NCBI GenBank assembly: GCA_046729855.1
Contig: JBKPHM010000047.1
Location: 88,125-152,124, forward strand
Source of the DNA: Actinomycetota bacterium
Lineage (GTDB): Bacteria > Actinomycetota > UBA4738 > HRBIN12
Direction: 5' to 3'
Length of the DNA: 64,000 nt
Part shown: in pieces, positions 27,806 through 37,965 of the stretch
How the letters are laid out: each line of letters starts with the position of its first letter
Position numbering within the stretch: position 1 is the first letter of the stretch
Position numbers and translations under genes: made by a program
The notes under the pieces: model-generated
Database searches by the model: none
What the model saw: the letters and a program-made list of their open reading frames with translations, nothing else
Told to the model about the DNA's origin: nothing

Positions 27806-28438
27806 ATGGACATCGTGAACCCGGAGGTCGAGGCCTACATGCGGGGTCTCCTCGACCGCTACGACGACCCAGTGCTCCTCGAGATGGAGGCCGAGGCGGA
27901 GCGACGCCGGTTCCCGGCCGTCGGACGGATCATCGGCGTGACGCTCGAGGTCCTCGCACGCTCGATCGGCGCGCGACGCGTGTTCGAGCTCGGCTCGGGC
28001 TTTGGCTACAGCGCGTACTGGTTGGCCCGCGCGGTCGGCGACGGCGGCGAGGTGCACTGCACGGAGGGCGACCCCGCGAACGTCGATGCCGGCCGGGCGT
28101 GGCTCGACCGGGCCGGCCTCGGGGACCGGGTCCTCTGGCACGTGGGCGACGCGCTGACCTCGTTCGCCGACGTCGAAGGCGAGTTCGACGTCGTGTTCGT
28201 CGACATCGACAAGCGCGAGTACCCCGACGCGTGGCGAGCCGCGAGCCCGCGGGTCCGCGTGGGCGGCGTCTACATCGCCGACAACAGCCTCGGCACCGGA
28301 AGCACGAACGTGCTGCGTGACGACGAAACCGCCGGCTTCATCCGCAAGCACAACGCGCTGATCGCCGCCGACGAGGGGTGGGTCAGCACGATCGTCCCCA
28401 CGCGCGAGGGCGACCTCGTCGCCTTGCGCCTGCGCTGA
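27806..28438 (+). CDS. Class I SAM-dependent O-methyltransferase (caffeoyl-CoA OMT-like, family 3)
   Basis: [19 protein letters not shown] motif and [14 protein letters not shown]. Confidence 0.8.
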   Translation: MDIVNPEVEAYMRGLLDRYDDPVLLEMEAEAERRRFPAVGRIIGVTLEVLARSIGARRVFELGSGFGYSAYWLARAVGDGGEVHCTEGDPANVDAGRAWLDRAGLGDRVLWHVGDALTSFADVEGEFDVVFVDIDKREYPDAWRAASPRVRVGGVYIADNSLGTGSTNVLRDDETAGFIRKHNALIAADEGWVSTIVPTREGDLVALRLR

Positions 28439-28587
28439 CCTGGGACCTCGGTCCGGCTACCCGATGTCCGCGGCACCTCGATTTCCTTGACGGAGCCCGC
28501 CGGAGGCTCGAGGGGCGAAGCTCAGCGCGTCGGCCATCGAGTCCAGGGGGAATCGCTCGCCGCACGATAGGCTTTCGGGGAAGCATC

Positions 28588-28989
28588 GTGGCCAAGCGCA
28601 AGGCTGACTTCGGCACGCTCTACAAGGGCAGTCCGGGACAGTGGTCCTGGATCGCCCACCGCATCACCGGCATCGCCGTCACCCTGTTCCTGTTCGCCCA
28701 CATCGTGGACACGGCCGTGGTCGGGTGGGGCCCAGAGGCCTACGAGAAGGTCACGGCCGTCTATCACAACTGGGTGGTCAGGCTGCTCGAGCTCGGTCTT
28801 GTGGCGGCCGTCCTGTATCACGCGATCAACGGCGTCAAGATCATGATCATCGACTTCTGGCCGTCGACGACGCGGTACTACAAGCCGATGTCGCTGGTCA
28901 GCACGGGCCTGTTCCTCGTGTCGATCGCGGCCGTCACGCTGGTGATGGGCGATGACATCCTGAATCTGGCGTTCGGGTGGAACCTCTGA
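28588..28989 (+). CDS. sdhC: Succinate dehydrogenase cytochrome b subunit
   Basis: GTG at 28588. [20 protein letters not shown] is a haem-ligand His region. Three TM helices. First gene of the sdh block. Confidence 0.8.
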   Translation: MAKRKADFGTLYKGSPGQWSWIAHRITGIAVTLFLFAHIVDTAVVGWGPEAYEKVTAVYHNWVVRLLELGLVAAVLYHAINGVKIMIIDFWPSTTRYYKPMSLVSTGLFLVSIAAVTLVMGDDILNLAFGWNL

Positions 28990-29441
28990 TGGCGACGATC
29001 GAGACACGTCGCGCCGAACAACGGCCCGCACGCGACCGTCGTGGAGCGCTCGGACCGGGGGGACGGGAGCGGCCGGCCGGCGGGTGGGAGCTCTGGACCT
29101 GGCTGTTCATGCGGATCAGCGGCGTCGTCCTGCTGTTCCTCGCGGTCGGCCACGTACTGATCATGCACGTGCTCGACGCGGGCGTGGATCGCGTGGACTT
29201 CGGGTTCGTGGCGGCGCGATGGGGCAACCCCTTCTGGAGGACCTGGGACTGGGCGCTGCTGTCGCTCGCGCTCCTCCACGGCGTGAACGGGTTCCGCGTC
29301 GTCGTGCAGGACTACATCCGCCCGATCGGCTGGCGGTTCGTCGCCAACATGTTCTTCTACGTCGTCGGCTTCATCCTGTTCGTGCTCGGGACGGTCGTCG
29401 TGTTCACGTTCGACCCGACCCGGTGGCCGGGGGCATCGTGA
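28989..29441 (+). CDS. sdhD: Succinate dehydrogenase hydrophobic membrane anchor subunit
   Basis: ATG overlaps the sdhC stop (TGATG). [19 protein letters not shown] and three TM helices. Confidence 0.75.
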   Translation: MATIETRRAEQRPARDRRGALGPGGRERPAGGWELWTWLFMRISGVVLLFLAVGHVLIMHVLDAGVDRVDFGFVAARWGNPFWRTWDWALLSLALLHGVNGFRVVVQDYIRPIGWRFVANMFFYVVGFILFVLGTVVVFTFDPTRWPGAS

Positions 29442-31177
29442 CCGTCACGCACACGTACGACGCCGTGATCGTCGGCGCGGGGGGCGCGGGCCTGCGCGCG
29501 GCGATCGAAGCGTCCGACCGCGTGAAGACCGCGGTGATCTCGAAGCTCTATCCCACGCGCTCGCACACCGGGACCGCCCAGGGCGGTGTGTGCGCGGCGC
29601 TCGCCAATGTCGAGGAGGACTACCCCGAGTGGCACGCGTTCGACACCGTGAAGGGCGGCGACTACCTGGTCGATCAGCCGGCGGCACTGCTGATGTGCGA
29701 GGAGGCCGTCGACGCGATCTACCAGCTCGAGCACTGGGGGCTGCCCTTCAACCGCACGCCGGACGGCAAGATCGACCAGCGGCGGTTCGGCGGCCACACG
29801 CGCAACCACGGCGAGGCGGCCGTGAAACGCGCGTGCTATGCGGCCGACAGGACCGGCCACATGATCCTCCAGACGCTCTACCAGCAGTGCGTCAAGCGCG
29901 ACGTGCGCTTCTTCAACGAGTTCTACGTCTTCGACCTGCTGCGCGCGGACGACGGGGCGACGGCCGGAGTCGTCGCGTACCAGCTCGCGACGGGCGAGCT
30001 GCACGTGTTCCGTTCCAAGGCGGTGCTCTTCGCGACGGGCGGCTCCGGGCGCACGTTCAGGGTCTCGTCGAACGCGCACACGCTGACGGGCGACGGTCAG
30101 GCTGTCGTCTGGCGCCGGGGGGTCCCGCTCGAGGACATGGAGTTCTTCCAGTTCCATCCGACCGGCGTCTACAAGATGGGGATCCTGCTGTCCGAAGCCG
30201 TCCGCGGCGAGGGCGGCATCATCTTGAACGGTGAGGGCGAGCGGTTCATGGAGCGCTACGCGCCGACCGTGAAGGACCTCGCGCCCCGAGACATGGTGAG
30301 CCGCGCGATCTATCAGGAGATCAAGGAGGGGCGCGGCGCCGGTCCGCACAGGGACGCGGTCTGGCTCGACGTGCGACACCTGCCGCGCGACGTGATCGAC
30401 GAGAAGCTGCCGGACGTGACCGAGTTCGCGCGCGTCTACCTCAACGTGGAGCCCACGCGCGAGCTGGTCCCGATCCAGCCGACAGCGCACTACGTGATGG
30501 GCGGGATCCCGACCGACGTGGACGGACGGGTCGTGACCGGCCCGGATGAGACGCCGGTCCCGGGGCTCTACGCCGCCGGCGAGTGCGCGTGCGTCTCGGT
30601 CCACGGCGCCAATCGGCTGGGCACGAACTCGTTGCTCGACATCGTCGTGTTCGGACGCCGGGGCGGCAAGGACATGGCCGAGTACGCGCTCCAGGCCGAC
30701 CTTCCGGCGCCGCCTGAGCGGCCGGCGACGTTCGTCGAGGAGATGGTCGGTGGGCTGATGAGCCGGCCTGAGGGCGCGAACGCGGCCGACATCCGCATCG
30801 AGCTGCAGGACTCGATGTTCGACCTGGCGTTCGTGGTTCGCACCGAGACCGGCCTCAAGAAGATGCAGGGGATCCTGGCGGGGCTCCGGGAGCGCTACGA
30901 CCACGTCTTCGTCCAGGACAAAGGCAAGCTCTACAACACCGAGCTGACCGAGGCCGTCGAGCTCGGGTTCCTGCTCGACAACGCCGAGGCGCTAATCGCG
31001 GCGGCGCTCGCCCGGGACGAGAGCCGCGGAGGTCACTACCGCGAGGACCACCCGATGCGTGACGACGCAAACTGGCTGAAGCACTCGCTCGTATACAGGG
31101 CGGCCGACGGGACGCTCTCGCTCGAGTTCAAGCCGGTGAAGATGGGTCCCTACGTCCCGATGGAGCGCAAGTACTGA
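29438..31177 (+). CDS. sdhA: Succinate dehydrogenase flavoprotein subunit
   Basis: GTG overlaps the sdhD stop. [43 protein letters not shown]. Confidence 0.95.
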   Translation: MTVTHTYDAVIVGAGGAGLRAAIEASDRVKTAVISKLYPTRSHTGTAQGGVCAALANVEEDYPEWHAFDTVKGGDYLVDQPAALLMCEEAVDAIYQLEHWGLPFNRTPDGKIDQRRFGGHTRNHGEAAVKRACYAADRTGHMILQTLYQQCVKRDVRFFNEFYVFDLLRADDGATAGVVAYQLATGELHVFRSKAVLFATGGSGRTFRVSSNAHTLTGDGQAVVWRRGVPLEDMEFFQFHPTGVYKMGILLSEAVRGEGGIILNGEGERFMERYAPTVKDLAPRDMVSRAIYQEIKEGRGAGPHRDAVWLDVRHLPRDVIDEKLPDVTEFARVYLNVEPTRELVPIQPTAHYVMGGIPTDVDGRVVTGPDETPVPGLYAAGECACVSVHGANRLGTNSLLDIVVFGRRGGKDMAEYALQADLPAPPERPATFVEEMVGGLMSRPEGANAADIRIELQDSMFDLAFVVRTETGLKKMQGILAGLRERYDHVFVQDKGKLYNTELTEAVELGFLLDNAEALIAAALARDESRGGHYREDHPMRDDANWLKHSLVYRAADGTLSLEFKPVKMGPYVPMERKY

Positions 31178-31944
31178 TGCCCGGCGAGACGCTCGGCGAG
31201 GTCCTCGACGGCTCGGACGGACGCCGTGCCGGCGCGAGCGACAAGGTGTCGCTCACGCTGAAGATCCGGCGCTATAACCCCGAGGTCCGCGCCGACTCGT
31301 GGTGGGACGAGTTCACGATCCAGGCCGAGCCGAACGACCGGCTCCTCGACGCATTGCACATCGTGAAGTGGTACCACGACGGCACGCTCGCCCTGCGGCG
31401 TTCGTGCGCGCACGGCATCTGCGGCTCGGACGCGGTGATGGTGAACGGGCAGAACCGGCTCGCCTGCAAGATCCTGGTCCGAGACGTGATGCCGCGCGCG
31501 ACGGTCGAGCCGATCCGTGGGCTGCCGGTGCTCAAGGACCTGATCGTCGACATGGAGCCGTTCTTCGCCGGGTATCGCTCAGTGCTTCCCTACCTGATCG
31601 ATGACGGCTCGGAGCCCGACGCGGAGCGGTACCAGTCGCCGGAGGACCGGCATCGGTTCGACGACACGACCAAGTGCATCCTGTGCGCCTGCTGCACCAC
31701 CGCGTGCCCGATCTTCTGGGGCGACGACGAGTACGTCGGGCCCGCTGCGATCGTGAACGCGCACCGGTTCATCTACGACTCGCGCGACCAGGGCGGCCGC
31801 GAGCGGCTCAAGATCCTGTCCGAGAAGACCGGCGTCTTCCGCTGCCGCACGACCTTCAACTGCACCGAGGCGTGCCCGCGCGGCATCGAGGTCACGAAGG
31901 CGATCCAGGACGTGAAGCGTTCCATCCTGTTCGACCGCTTCTAG
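31177..31944 (+). CDS. sdhB: Succinate dehydrogenase iron-sulfur subunit
   Basis: ATG overlaps the sdhA stop. Cys clusters CAHGICGSD, CILCACCTTACP and CTEACPRGI. Confidence 0.95.
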   Translation: MPGETLGEVLDGSDGRRAGASDKVSLTLKIRRYNPEVRADSWWDEFTIQAEPNDRLLDALHIVKWYHDGTLALRRSCAHGICGSDAVMVNGQNRLACKILVRDVMPRATVEPIRGLPVLKDLIVDMEPFFAGYRSVLPYLIDDGSEPDAERYQSPEDRHRFDDTTKCILCACCTTACPIFWGDDEYVGPAAIVNAHRFIYDSRDQGGRERLKILSEKTGVFRCRTTFNCTEACPRGIEVTKAIQDVKRSILFDRF

Positions 31945-32009
31945 AAGCCCTCGCGCAGCGCGCGCACTTGCCGGAACGTGCGTGACGGGGTGGGCGCTAT
32001 GGTGCGGCC

Positions 32010-33194
32010 GTGACCCACCAGATCACGCTCATTCCCGGGGACGGGATCGGTCCGGAGATCGCCGAGGCGACGCTGCGCGTCATCGAGGCGACCGGCGTCC
32101 GGATCGAGTGGGTCGTCGAGGACGCGGGGGTGACCACCCTCGAACGCGAGGGGACGGTCCTACCCGATCGCGTGCTCGAGTCGGTCCGGCGAACGCGCGT
32201 CGCGCTGAAGGGGCCGATCACGACCCCCGTCGGCACGGGGTTCCGAAGCGTGAACGTGACGCTGCGGCACGAGCTCGACCTGTTCGCCGCGGTTCGGCCG
32301 TCCCGCACGCTGCCGGGCGTCGCGACCAGATACAAGGACATCGACCTCGTCGTGATCCGGGAGAACACCGAGGACCTGTACGCGGGGATCGAGTTCGAGG
32401 CGGGAACTCCCGAGACCCTCGAGCTTCTGGAGGAACTGCACAGCCTGACCGGCGCCGACGTCCCCCACGACGCGGGCATCACGGTCAAGCCGATCTCCGT
32501 GACCGGCGCGCGCAGGATCGTCCGCTTCGCCTTCGAGTTCGCGAGGGCGAACGGACGGCGCCAGGTCACCCTCGGGCACAAGGCCAACATCATGTGGTTC
32601 TCGGACGGGCTGTTCCTGAACGTCGCGCTCGACGAGGCGTCGGCGTTCAGCGACGTCGTCTTCGAGGAGATGCAGATCGACCAGCTGTCGATGCGGCTGA
32701 CGCACGACCCGGAGACGTTCGACGTGCTGCTACTGCCGAACCTCTACGGGGACATCCTGTCCGACCTGTGCGCCGGGCTCGTCGGCGGCCTCGGGCTCGC
32801 CGCGGGTGCGAACCTTGGATGGGAGTACGCCGTGTTCGAGCCGGTCCACGGCAGCGCGCCGGACATCGCGGGGCGCGGCAGCGCGAACCCGCTCGCGATG
32901 ATCCTGTCGGCGCAGATGATGCTCGTTCACCTGCACGAGACGGACGCGGCGGCGGCGCTCGGGCGGGCCGTGGACGAGGTCCTGACGACGGGACGGCCCC
33001 GCACCCCTGATCTCGGCGGGACGGCGTCGACGGACGAGGTCGCGGGCGCGGTTGCGGAGGCCTGCGCCGCCCTGGTCCGGGGGACTGGTCGCCGGGACGC
33101 GGTCGCGCTACAACATCAGGGAGGCAGCTTGACGGCTTTGAGGAGGGAGTGGCATGACGGCGAAGATCGGCGACCGAATCGTGGTGGAGTCTGA
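32010..33194 (+). CDS. Isocitrate/isopropylmalate dehydrogenase family protein (NAD-IDH-like paralog 1) with extended C-terminus
   Basis: GTG start. [55 protein letters not shown]. The ~40-aa tail overlaps the next gene. Confidence 0.8.
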   Translation: MTHQITLIPGDGIGPEIAEATLRVIEATGVRIEWVVEDAGVTTLEREGTVLPDRVLESVRRTRVALKGPITTPVGTGFRSVNVTLRHELDLFAAVRPSRTLPGVATRYKDIDLVVIRENTEDLYAGIEFEAGTPETLELLEELHSLTGADVPHDAGITVKPISVTGARRIVRFAFEFARANGRRQVTLGHKANIMWFSDGLFLNVALDEASAFSDVVFEEMQIDQLSMRLTHDPETFDVLLLPNLYGDILSDLCAGLVGGLGLAAGANLGWEYAVFEPVHGSAPDIAGRGSANPLAMILSAQMMLVHLHETDAAAALGRAVDEVLTTGRPRTPDLGGTASTDEVAGAVAEACAALVRGTGRRDAVALQHQGGSLTALRREWHDGEDRRPNRGGV

Positions 33195-33366
33195 GAGCGT
33201 TGGCCAGCCCACCCGGGAGGGCGAGATCCTCGAGGTGATCTCTGGCCAGGTCGGGGTCCGGTACCGCGTCCGCTGGATGGACGGGCACGATTCGATCTTC
33301 ACGCCGAGCGGCGGGAGCGCCCGGATCGTTCCGACGACCTCCGGCAGGCGCGGCCGCACGAGCTAG
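33154..33366 (+). CDS. DUF1918 domain protein
   Basis: AGGAGGGAG lies upstream of the ATG. KIGDRIVVESESVGQPTREGEILEV...YRVRWMDGHDSIFTP matches the DUF1918 pattern. Confidence 0.75.
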   Translation: MTAKIGDRIVVESESVGQPTREGEILEVISGQVGVRYRVRWMDGHDSIFTPSGGSARIVPTTSGRRGRTS

Positions 33367-33419
33367 CAGCCCGGTACATCGCCCGAACCCGGAGCCCGAC
33401 CGGGCCCCACGGGGAGCTG

Positions 33420-33581
33420 TCAGCAGCCCGGTTCGCCGTGGTGCCCGCAGCACCCCCGGGTCAGGGCCCGGGCACGGTTCCGGATCGTCAGGCGCACCTT
33501 CGTCGCGAGGGGGGCGTCGTACTCGCGCCAGTTCGTGAAGAACCATGCCACGCGGTGCCCGATGCCATCGCGGCCGCTCAC
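33420..33581 (-). CDS. Small (53 aa) hypothetical protein with C-terminal CCGHHGEPGC motif
   Basis: Below the ORF-track size cut-off. GTG follows an in-frame TAG. 49 of 53 codons end in G/C, whereas the overlapping plus frame has weak GC3. Peptide: VSGRDGIGHRVAWFFTNWREYDAPLATKVRLTIRNRARALTRGCCGHHGEPGC. Confidence 0.45.
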   Translation of the reverse strand: MSGRDGIGHRVAWFFTNWREYDAPLATKVRLTIRNRARALTRGCCGHHGEPGC

Positions 33582-33644
33582 CGTCCGATACTACGGCGCC
33601 CGGGTCCGACCGATGGCCCCGCGGCGTGCCACACTCCACGCGCC

Positions 33645-34238
33645 ATGCGCCCCGAGATCCTTTCGACCGCTCGCCCGTCCGCACTCCGGTTGTGGAGCTT
33701 CGTCGGCCTGACCGTCGGGGGAACGCTCCTGGCCGTCGGGGCGCTCATGCCGTGGGCGTCCATCCCGCCGTTCGACGCGACGACGACGAACGGGATCGAC
33801 GTCTGGGAGGGCTGGCTCGCGCTCGTCGCCGGCGTCGCCGCGCTCGTCGGCATGCTCGCGATGCGGCTGGCGACGTCGACTGGCATCCGGACCGCGATCG
33901 CCGTGGTCGTGATGGCCGGCGCGCTCGCGGCGGCGGTCGCCGCGGCCGCCGACGCCACCTTCGCGAAGGACCGCTTCTCGGGAGCGGACCAGCGCGATCG
34001 CCTCGCGCGGCAGATCGCGGCCCAGACCGGCGCCCCGTACGAGCAGGTCCGGGACCTGCTCGAGCGCGAGCACGACGCGAGGTTCCCCGTCGAGGCTCGT
34101 CCCGCGATCTGGCTGGCGGTCGCGGGCGGCGTCATCGCGGGCGGCGGCGCGGCCGTCAGCGCGGCGTGGGCGCGCTCGTCGGCTACAGCGAGCCGAGATC
34201 CGCGCACTTTGCCCGGATCCCCTCCGCCGCACCCCTGA
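33645..34238 (+). CDS. Hypothetical integral membrane protein
   Basis: ATG at 33645. Four predicted TM helices. The 3' end overlaps convergent mdh by 56 nt. Confidence 0.5.
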   Translation: MRPEILSTARPSALRLWSFVGLTVGGTLLAVGALMPWASIPPFDATTTNGIDVWEGWLALVAGVAALVGMLAMRLATSTGIRTAIAVVVMAGALAAAVAAAADATFAKDRFSGADQRDRLARQIAAQTGAPYEQVRDLLEREHDARFPVEARPAIWLAVAGGVIAGGGAAVSAAWARSSATASRDPRTLPGSPPPHP

Positions 34239-35106
34239 GCGCCCGCAGCTCCTCCTCCGACAGCTCGAGCTCGACGATCTCCCCGACGCCATCCGCCGAG
34301 AGTCGGGCCGGAACGCCGACGTAGACGCCGTCGATCCCGTACTGGCCCGTGCACCAGGCGCAGACCGGCAGCGCCTCGTCGGTCCGGCCGGCGATCCCCT
34401 CGATCATCTTCGTCGCCGAGGCCGACGGCGCGTAGTACGCGCTCCCTTTCTTGAGCAGCCCGACGATCTCCGCGCCGGCGTCGCGCGTGCGCGCGTACAG
34501 CCGTTCGAGGGTCGCGTCGTCCACGAGCTCCGTGAGCGGCTTGCCAGCGACGGTCGCGTGCCGCGGCAGCGGCACCATCGACTCGCCGTGCGACCCGAGC
34601 GTCATCGCATCGACGTCGAGCGGGGACACGTCGAGCTCCTCGGCCACGAAGTAACGAAGGCGGGCCGAGTCAAGGACGCCCGCCATGCCCATCACACGTC
34701 GCTTCGGGAACCCAGCCACCTCGGATGCGAGAAACGTCATCTCGTCGAGCGGGTTCGTCACGACGATCAGGATCGCGTTCGGCGAGCCCGGCACGATCCG
34801 CTCGACGACCTCGCGAACGACTGCGGCGTTCTTGCCCAGCAGGTCCATTCGGCTCATTCCCGGCTGTCGCGCGAACCCCGCCGTGATCACGACGACGTCC
34901 GAGCCCGCCGTGTCCGCGTAGTCGTTGGTCCCGACGATCGCCGGTTCGTACCCGACGACGGGCGCCGCCTGTCGCATGTCGAGTGCCAGGCCATGGGGCA
35001 GACCCTCGATGATGTCGATCAGGACGACGTCCGCGAGGCCCCGCTCGAGAATCCGCATCGCGGTCGTCTGTCCGACGAAGCCGCTGCCGACGACGGTCAC
35101 GCGCAT
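34183..35106 (-). CDS. mdh: Malate dehydrogenase (LDH-like type)
   Basis: VTVVGSGFVGQTTA, ITAGFARQPGMSRMDLL, GSHGESMVP. Confidence 0.92.
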   Translation of the reverse strand: MRVTVVGSGFVGQTTAMRILERGLADVVLIDIIEGLPHGLALDMRQAAPVVGYEPAIVGTNDYADTAGSDVVVITAGFARQPGMSRMDLLGKNAAVVREVVERIVPGSPNAILIVVTNPLDEMTFLASEVAGFPKRRVMGMAGVLDSARLRYFVAEELDVSPLDVDAMTLGSHGESMVPLPRHATVAGKPLTELVDDATLERLYARTRDAGAEIVGLLKKGSAYYAPSASATKMIEGIAGRTDEALPVCAWCTGQYGIDGVYVGVPARLSADGVGEIVELELSEEELRALRGAAEGIRAKCADLGSL

Positions 35107-35131
35107 CTGGTGCCCCCTCCCGTACCTCGAG

Positions 35132-36214
35132 CTAGGCCTGGAGCTGCTCGATCACGGCGTCGGCGACGCCCGATGTTCCGACCGCGGTCGGATCGTCGCG
35201 GGTCGGCTTCATGTCGTAGGTCACGTCCTTGCCCCCCGCGATCACGGCCGCGATCGCTGCCTCCAGCCGGTCGGCGGCCTCGGACTCGTTCAGGTGTCGC
35301 AGCATCAGGACGCCCGACAGCATCATCGCCATCGGGTTCACCTTGTTCTGGCCCTTGTACTTCGGTGCGCTGCCGTGCGTGGCCTCGAAGACGGCCGCCT
35401 CGTCGCCGATGTTCGCGCCCGGTGCGACGCCGAGCCCGCCGACCAGCCCGGCGCAGAGGTCGGACACGATGTCGCCGTACAGGTTGGGCAGCACGAGGAC
35501 GTCGTACTCCTCGGGCCGCTGTACGAGCTGCATCGACAGGTTGTCGACGATCCGATCGTCGAACGCGACGTCGGGATACTCCTCGGCGACCTCACGGGCG
35601 GTCGCGAGGAACAGGCCGTCGCTGAACTTCATGATGTTCGCCTTGTGGACGGTCGTGACCTTCTTCCGGCCGTTCGCCCGCGCGTGTTCGAACGCGAAGC
35701 GGACGATCCGCCTCGTCGCGGTCACCGAGATCGGTTTGACCGAGATGCCGGCATCGTCGCGGATCCTCTTGCCGGTCTTGTCGGCGATGAACCCGATCAG
35801 CTCCTTGGCCTCGGGCGTGCCCTGCTCGAACTCGATCCCGGCGTAGAGATCCTCCGTGTTCTCACGGACGATCACGATGTCGACGTCCTGGTAGCGCGAG
35901 CGCACACCCGGGTACCACTTGCAGGGCCGCAGGCACGCGTACAGGTCGAGCTCCTTGCGGAGCGCGACGTTGACGCTTCGGAAGCCGCTGCCGACCGGCG
36001 TGGTGATCGGTCCCTTGATCGCGACCCTCGTCTCCCGGATCGAGTCGAGGACGTGCTGGGGCAACGGCGTGCCGTACGTCTCGACGACGTCGGCGCCGGC
36101 CTCCTGGATGTCCCACTCGAACTCGACCCCCGTCCCCTCGATGACGCGCCTCGTCGCCTCGGACAGCTCCGGCCCGACGCCGTCGCCCGGGATGAAAGTC
36201 ACTCGGTGCGCCAT
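35132..36214 (-). CDS. icd: NAD(P)-dependent isocitrate dehydrogenase (IDH/IPMDH family, paralog 2)
   Basis: [67 protein letters not shown]. Confidence 0.88.
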   Translation of the reverse strand: MAHRVTFIPGDGVGPELSEATRRVIEGTGVEFEWDIQEAGADVVETYGTPLPQHVLDSIRETRVAIKGPITTPVGSGFRSVNVALRKELDLYACLRPCKWYPGVRSRYQDVDIVIVRENTEDLYAGIEFEQGTPEAKELIGFIADKTGKRIRDDAGISVKPISVTATRRIVRFAFEHARANGRKKVTTVHKANIMKFSDGLFLATAREVAEEYPDVAFDDRIVDNLSMQLVQRPEEYDVLVLPNLYGDIVSDLCAGLVGGLGVAPGANIGDEAAVFEATHGSAPKYKGQNKVNPMAMMLSGVLMLRHLNESEAADRLEAAIAAVIAGGKDVTYDMKPTRDDPTAVGTSGVADAVIEQLQA

Positions 36215-36362
36215 GGGCTTCCCCCTCGTCTCGGCCCGCGCCCAGGCAGCCTCTCCGGTCCGTGTCGTGCCGGCGCGGTACGCTGAGATTGTCTCGGAAA
36301 CCGCCTAGGGGCGACCCGCTGGCCCGGGGCCACAGGCACACGACACAGGAGGCTGACGTCCG

Positions 36363-37475
36363 GTGAAGGGCCTCGAGGAAGTCATCGCCGCATCGACCAG
36401 CCTCTCCGACGTCGACGGCCGCGCCGGACGGCTCTGGTACGTGGGGTATCCGATCCAGGACCTCGCGGACCGCTCCACCTTCGAAGAGGTCGTCTACCTG
36501 CTCCACAACCTGCGGCTCCCCACCGAGGCGGAGCTCGACGAGCTGAACGAGCGCCTGATCGGCGAGCGGGAGATCTCGCCGTTCCTGGCGGGGATCATGC
36601 CGACGCTCGCGCAGCAGACCTCGCCGATGTCGATGCTCAGGACCAGCGTGTCGGCGGCCTCGGCCTACGACCCCGACGGGTGGGACAACAGCCTCGAGGC
36701 CAACGAGCGCAAGGCGATGCGACTGATCGCCAAGACGGCCACGCTGATCGCGATGTACCACCGGCTCCGCACCGGTCAGGAGGTCGTGGTCCCCAACCCC
36801 AAGCTGCCGCACGCCGCCAACTTCCTCGCCATGCTCTCGGGGCAGGAGCCGGAGCAGGAGGACGCGGCGGCCCTCGATACCACGCTGATCCTGTACGCCG
36901 ACCACACGATGAATGCCTCCACGTTCACCGCGCGCGTGATCGCCTCCACGCTCGCCGACATGTTCTCGGCGATCACGGGCGCGATCGCGGCGCTCAAAGG
37001 ACCGCTCCACGGCGGCGCCAACGAGGAAGCCATGAAGATGCTCGAGGACATCGGCGACCCCTCCACGGCGGAGGCGTACGTGAAGGACCGCCTCGCGCGC
37101 AAGGAACGGATCATGGGATTTGGGCACCGCGTGTACAAGTCCGAGGACCCGCGCGCGACGGCGCTGCGCCGCCTGTCGAAGGAGACGGCCGAGCGCAAGG
37201 AGGACACACGCTGGTATGAGATCTCGGCCGAGGTCGAGCGCGTCGTCAACGCCGAGAAGGGTCTGCACGCCAACGTCGACTTCTACGCGGCCAGCGTCTA
37301 CCGATACCTGGGGATTCCCACGGACCTCATGACGCCGGTGTTCGCGCTGGCGCGGATGTGCGGCTGGACGGCGCACGTCCGAGAGCAGTACGCGGACAAC
37401 CGCTTGATCCGACCCGAGTCCGAGTACGTCGGGCCGCGCGACCAGCGCTACGTCCCGATCGACGAGCGCGGCTGA
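36363..37475 (+). CDS. citA: Citrate synthase (small ~370-aa type)
   Basis: GTG follows the AGGAGG at ~36346. LILYADHTMNASTF, GPLHGGANE, GFGHRVYKSEDPRA, NVDFY. Confidence 0.92.
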   Translation: MKGLEEVIAASTSLSDVDGRAGRLWYVGYPIQDLADRSTFEEVVYLLHNLRLPTEAELDELNERLIGEREISPFLAGIMPTLAQQTSPMSMLRTSVSAASAYDPDGWDNSLEANERKAMRLIAKTATLIAMYHRLRTGQEVVVPNPKLPHAANFLAMLSGQEPEQEDAAALDTTLILYADHTMNASTFTARVIASTLADMFSAITGAIAALKGPLHGGANEEAMKMLEDIGDPSTAEAYVKDRLARKERIMGFGHRVYKSEDPRATALRRLSKETAERKEDTRWYEISAEVERVVNAEKGLHANVDFYAASVYRYLGIPTDLMTPVFALARMCGWTAHVREQYADNRLIRPESEYVGPRDQRYVPIDERG

Positions 37476-37477
37476 GA

Positions 37478-37906
37478 TCAGCCCGCCGGTGGTGGTGCCG
37501 GCGGGGGCGAGGCGATCGGGAGCCCCGCCGCGCGATCCCACACGCGGTTCAGGTGCTCTTGGACGTACAGCCCGAGCGCGACCGCGATCACCAGCAGCAG
37601 CACGATCGCGATCGCAGGCGACAGCTCCTGCTGGATCTCGACACCCCGCTCCATTGCTACGACGTGGTTCGCGGTGTTCCAGACGGCGATGAACGGCGGG
37701 ACGATGATGATCCAGCCGAACAGGACGGCCATCAGCGATCGCACGGGGCTGATCGTCATATCGCCGGTGTACCGCTGGATCTCCTCGTTCACCTTGTAGT
37801 ACCAGTACAGCGCGTAGATCCCAAGCGTGATGAACGAGAGCAGCAGCACGACGAGTGGATCGCGCTTCAGATACGACTGCCCGCTGATCGTCACGGTCTC
37901 GGCCAT
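37478..37906 (-). CDS. DUF4234 domain membrane protein
   Basis: ATG at 37906. LLLSFITLGIYALYWYYKVNEEI is the DUF4234 hallmark. Pro-rich tail. Confidence 0.7.
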   Translation of the reverse strand: MAETVTISGQSYLKRDPLVVLLLSFITLGIYALYWYYKVNEEIQRYTGDMTISPVRSLMAVLFGWIIIVPPFIAVWNTANHVVAMERGVEIQQELSPAIAIVLLLVIAVALGLYVQEHLNRVWDRAAGLPIASPPPAPPPAG

Positions 37907-37915
37907 GTCCCCTTC

Positions 37916-37947
37916 CTCCCCCTCTGGCCTCCCCCTCTGGCCTCCCC
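37916..37947 (-). repeat. Tandem 13-nt direct repeat (2 copies plus a partial third) of a Shine-Dalgarno-like unit
   Basis: The plus strand reads CTCCCCCTCTGGC CTCCCCCTCTGGC CTCCCC. On the coding (minus) strand this gives GGGGAG-containing units immediately upstream of the GGGGAGGAAGGGGAC-ATG ribosome-binding site. Confidence 0.6.
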
Positions 37948-37965
37948 GTCGGATTCGGGCGAAGC

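Noticed and set aside
32578-32610. Lys to Trp change in the ANIMK motif of IDH paralog 1 (HKANIMWFSDG versus [11 protein letters not shown]) as loss of the catalytic Lys
   Set aside because: By alignment logic with IPMDH (DKANVL), the catalytic Lys should be the one in HKAN, which both paralogs retain. The substituted residue is five positions downstream. I therefore do not claim an inactive or regulatory subunit.
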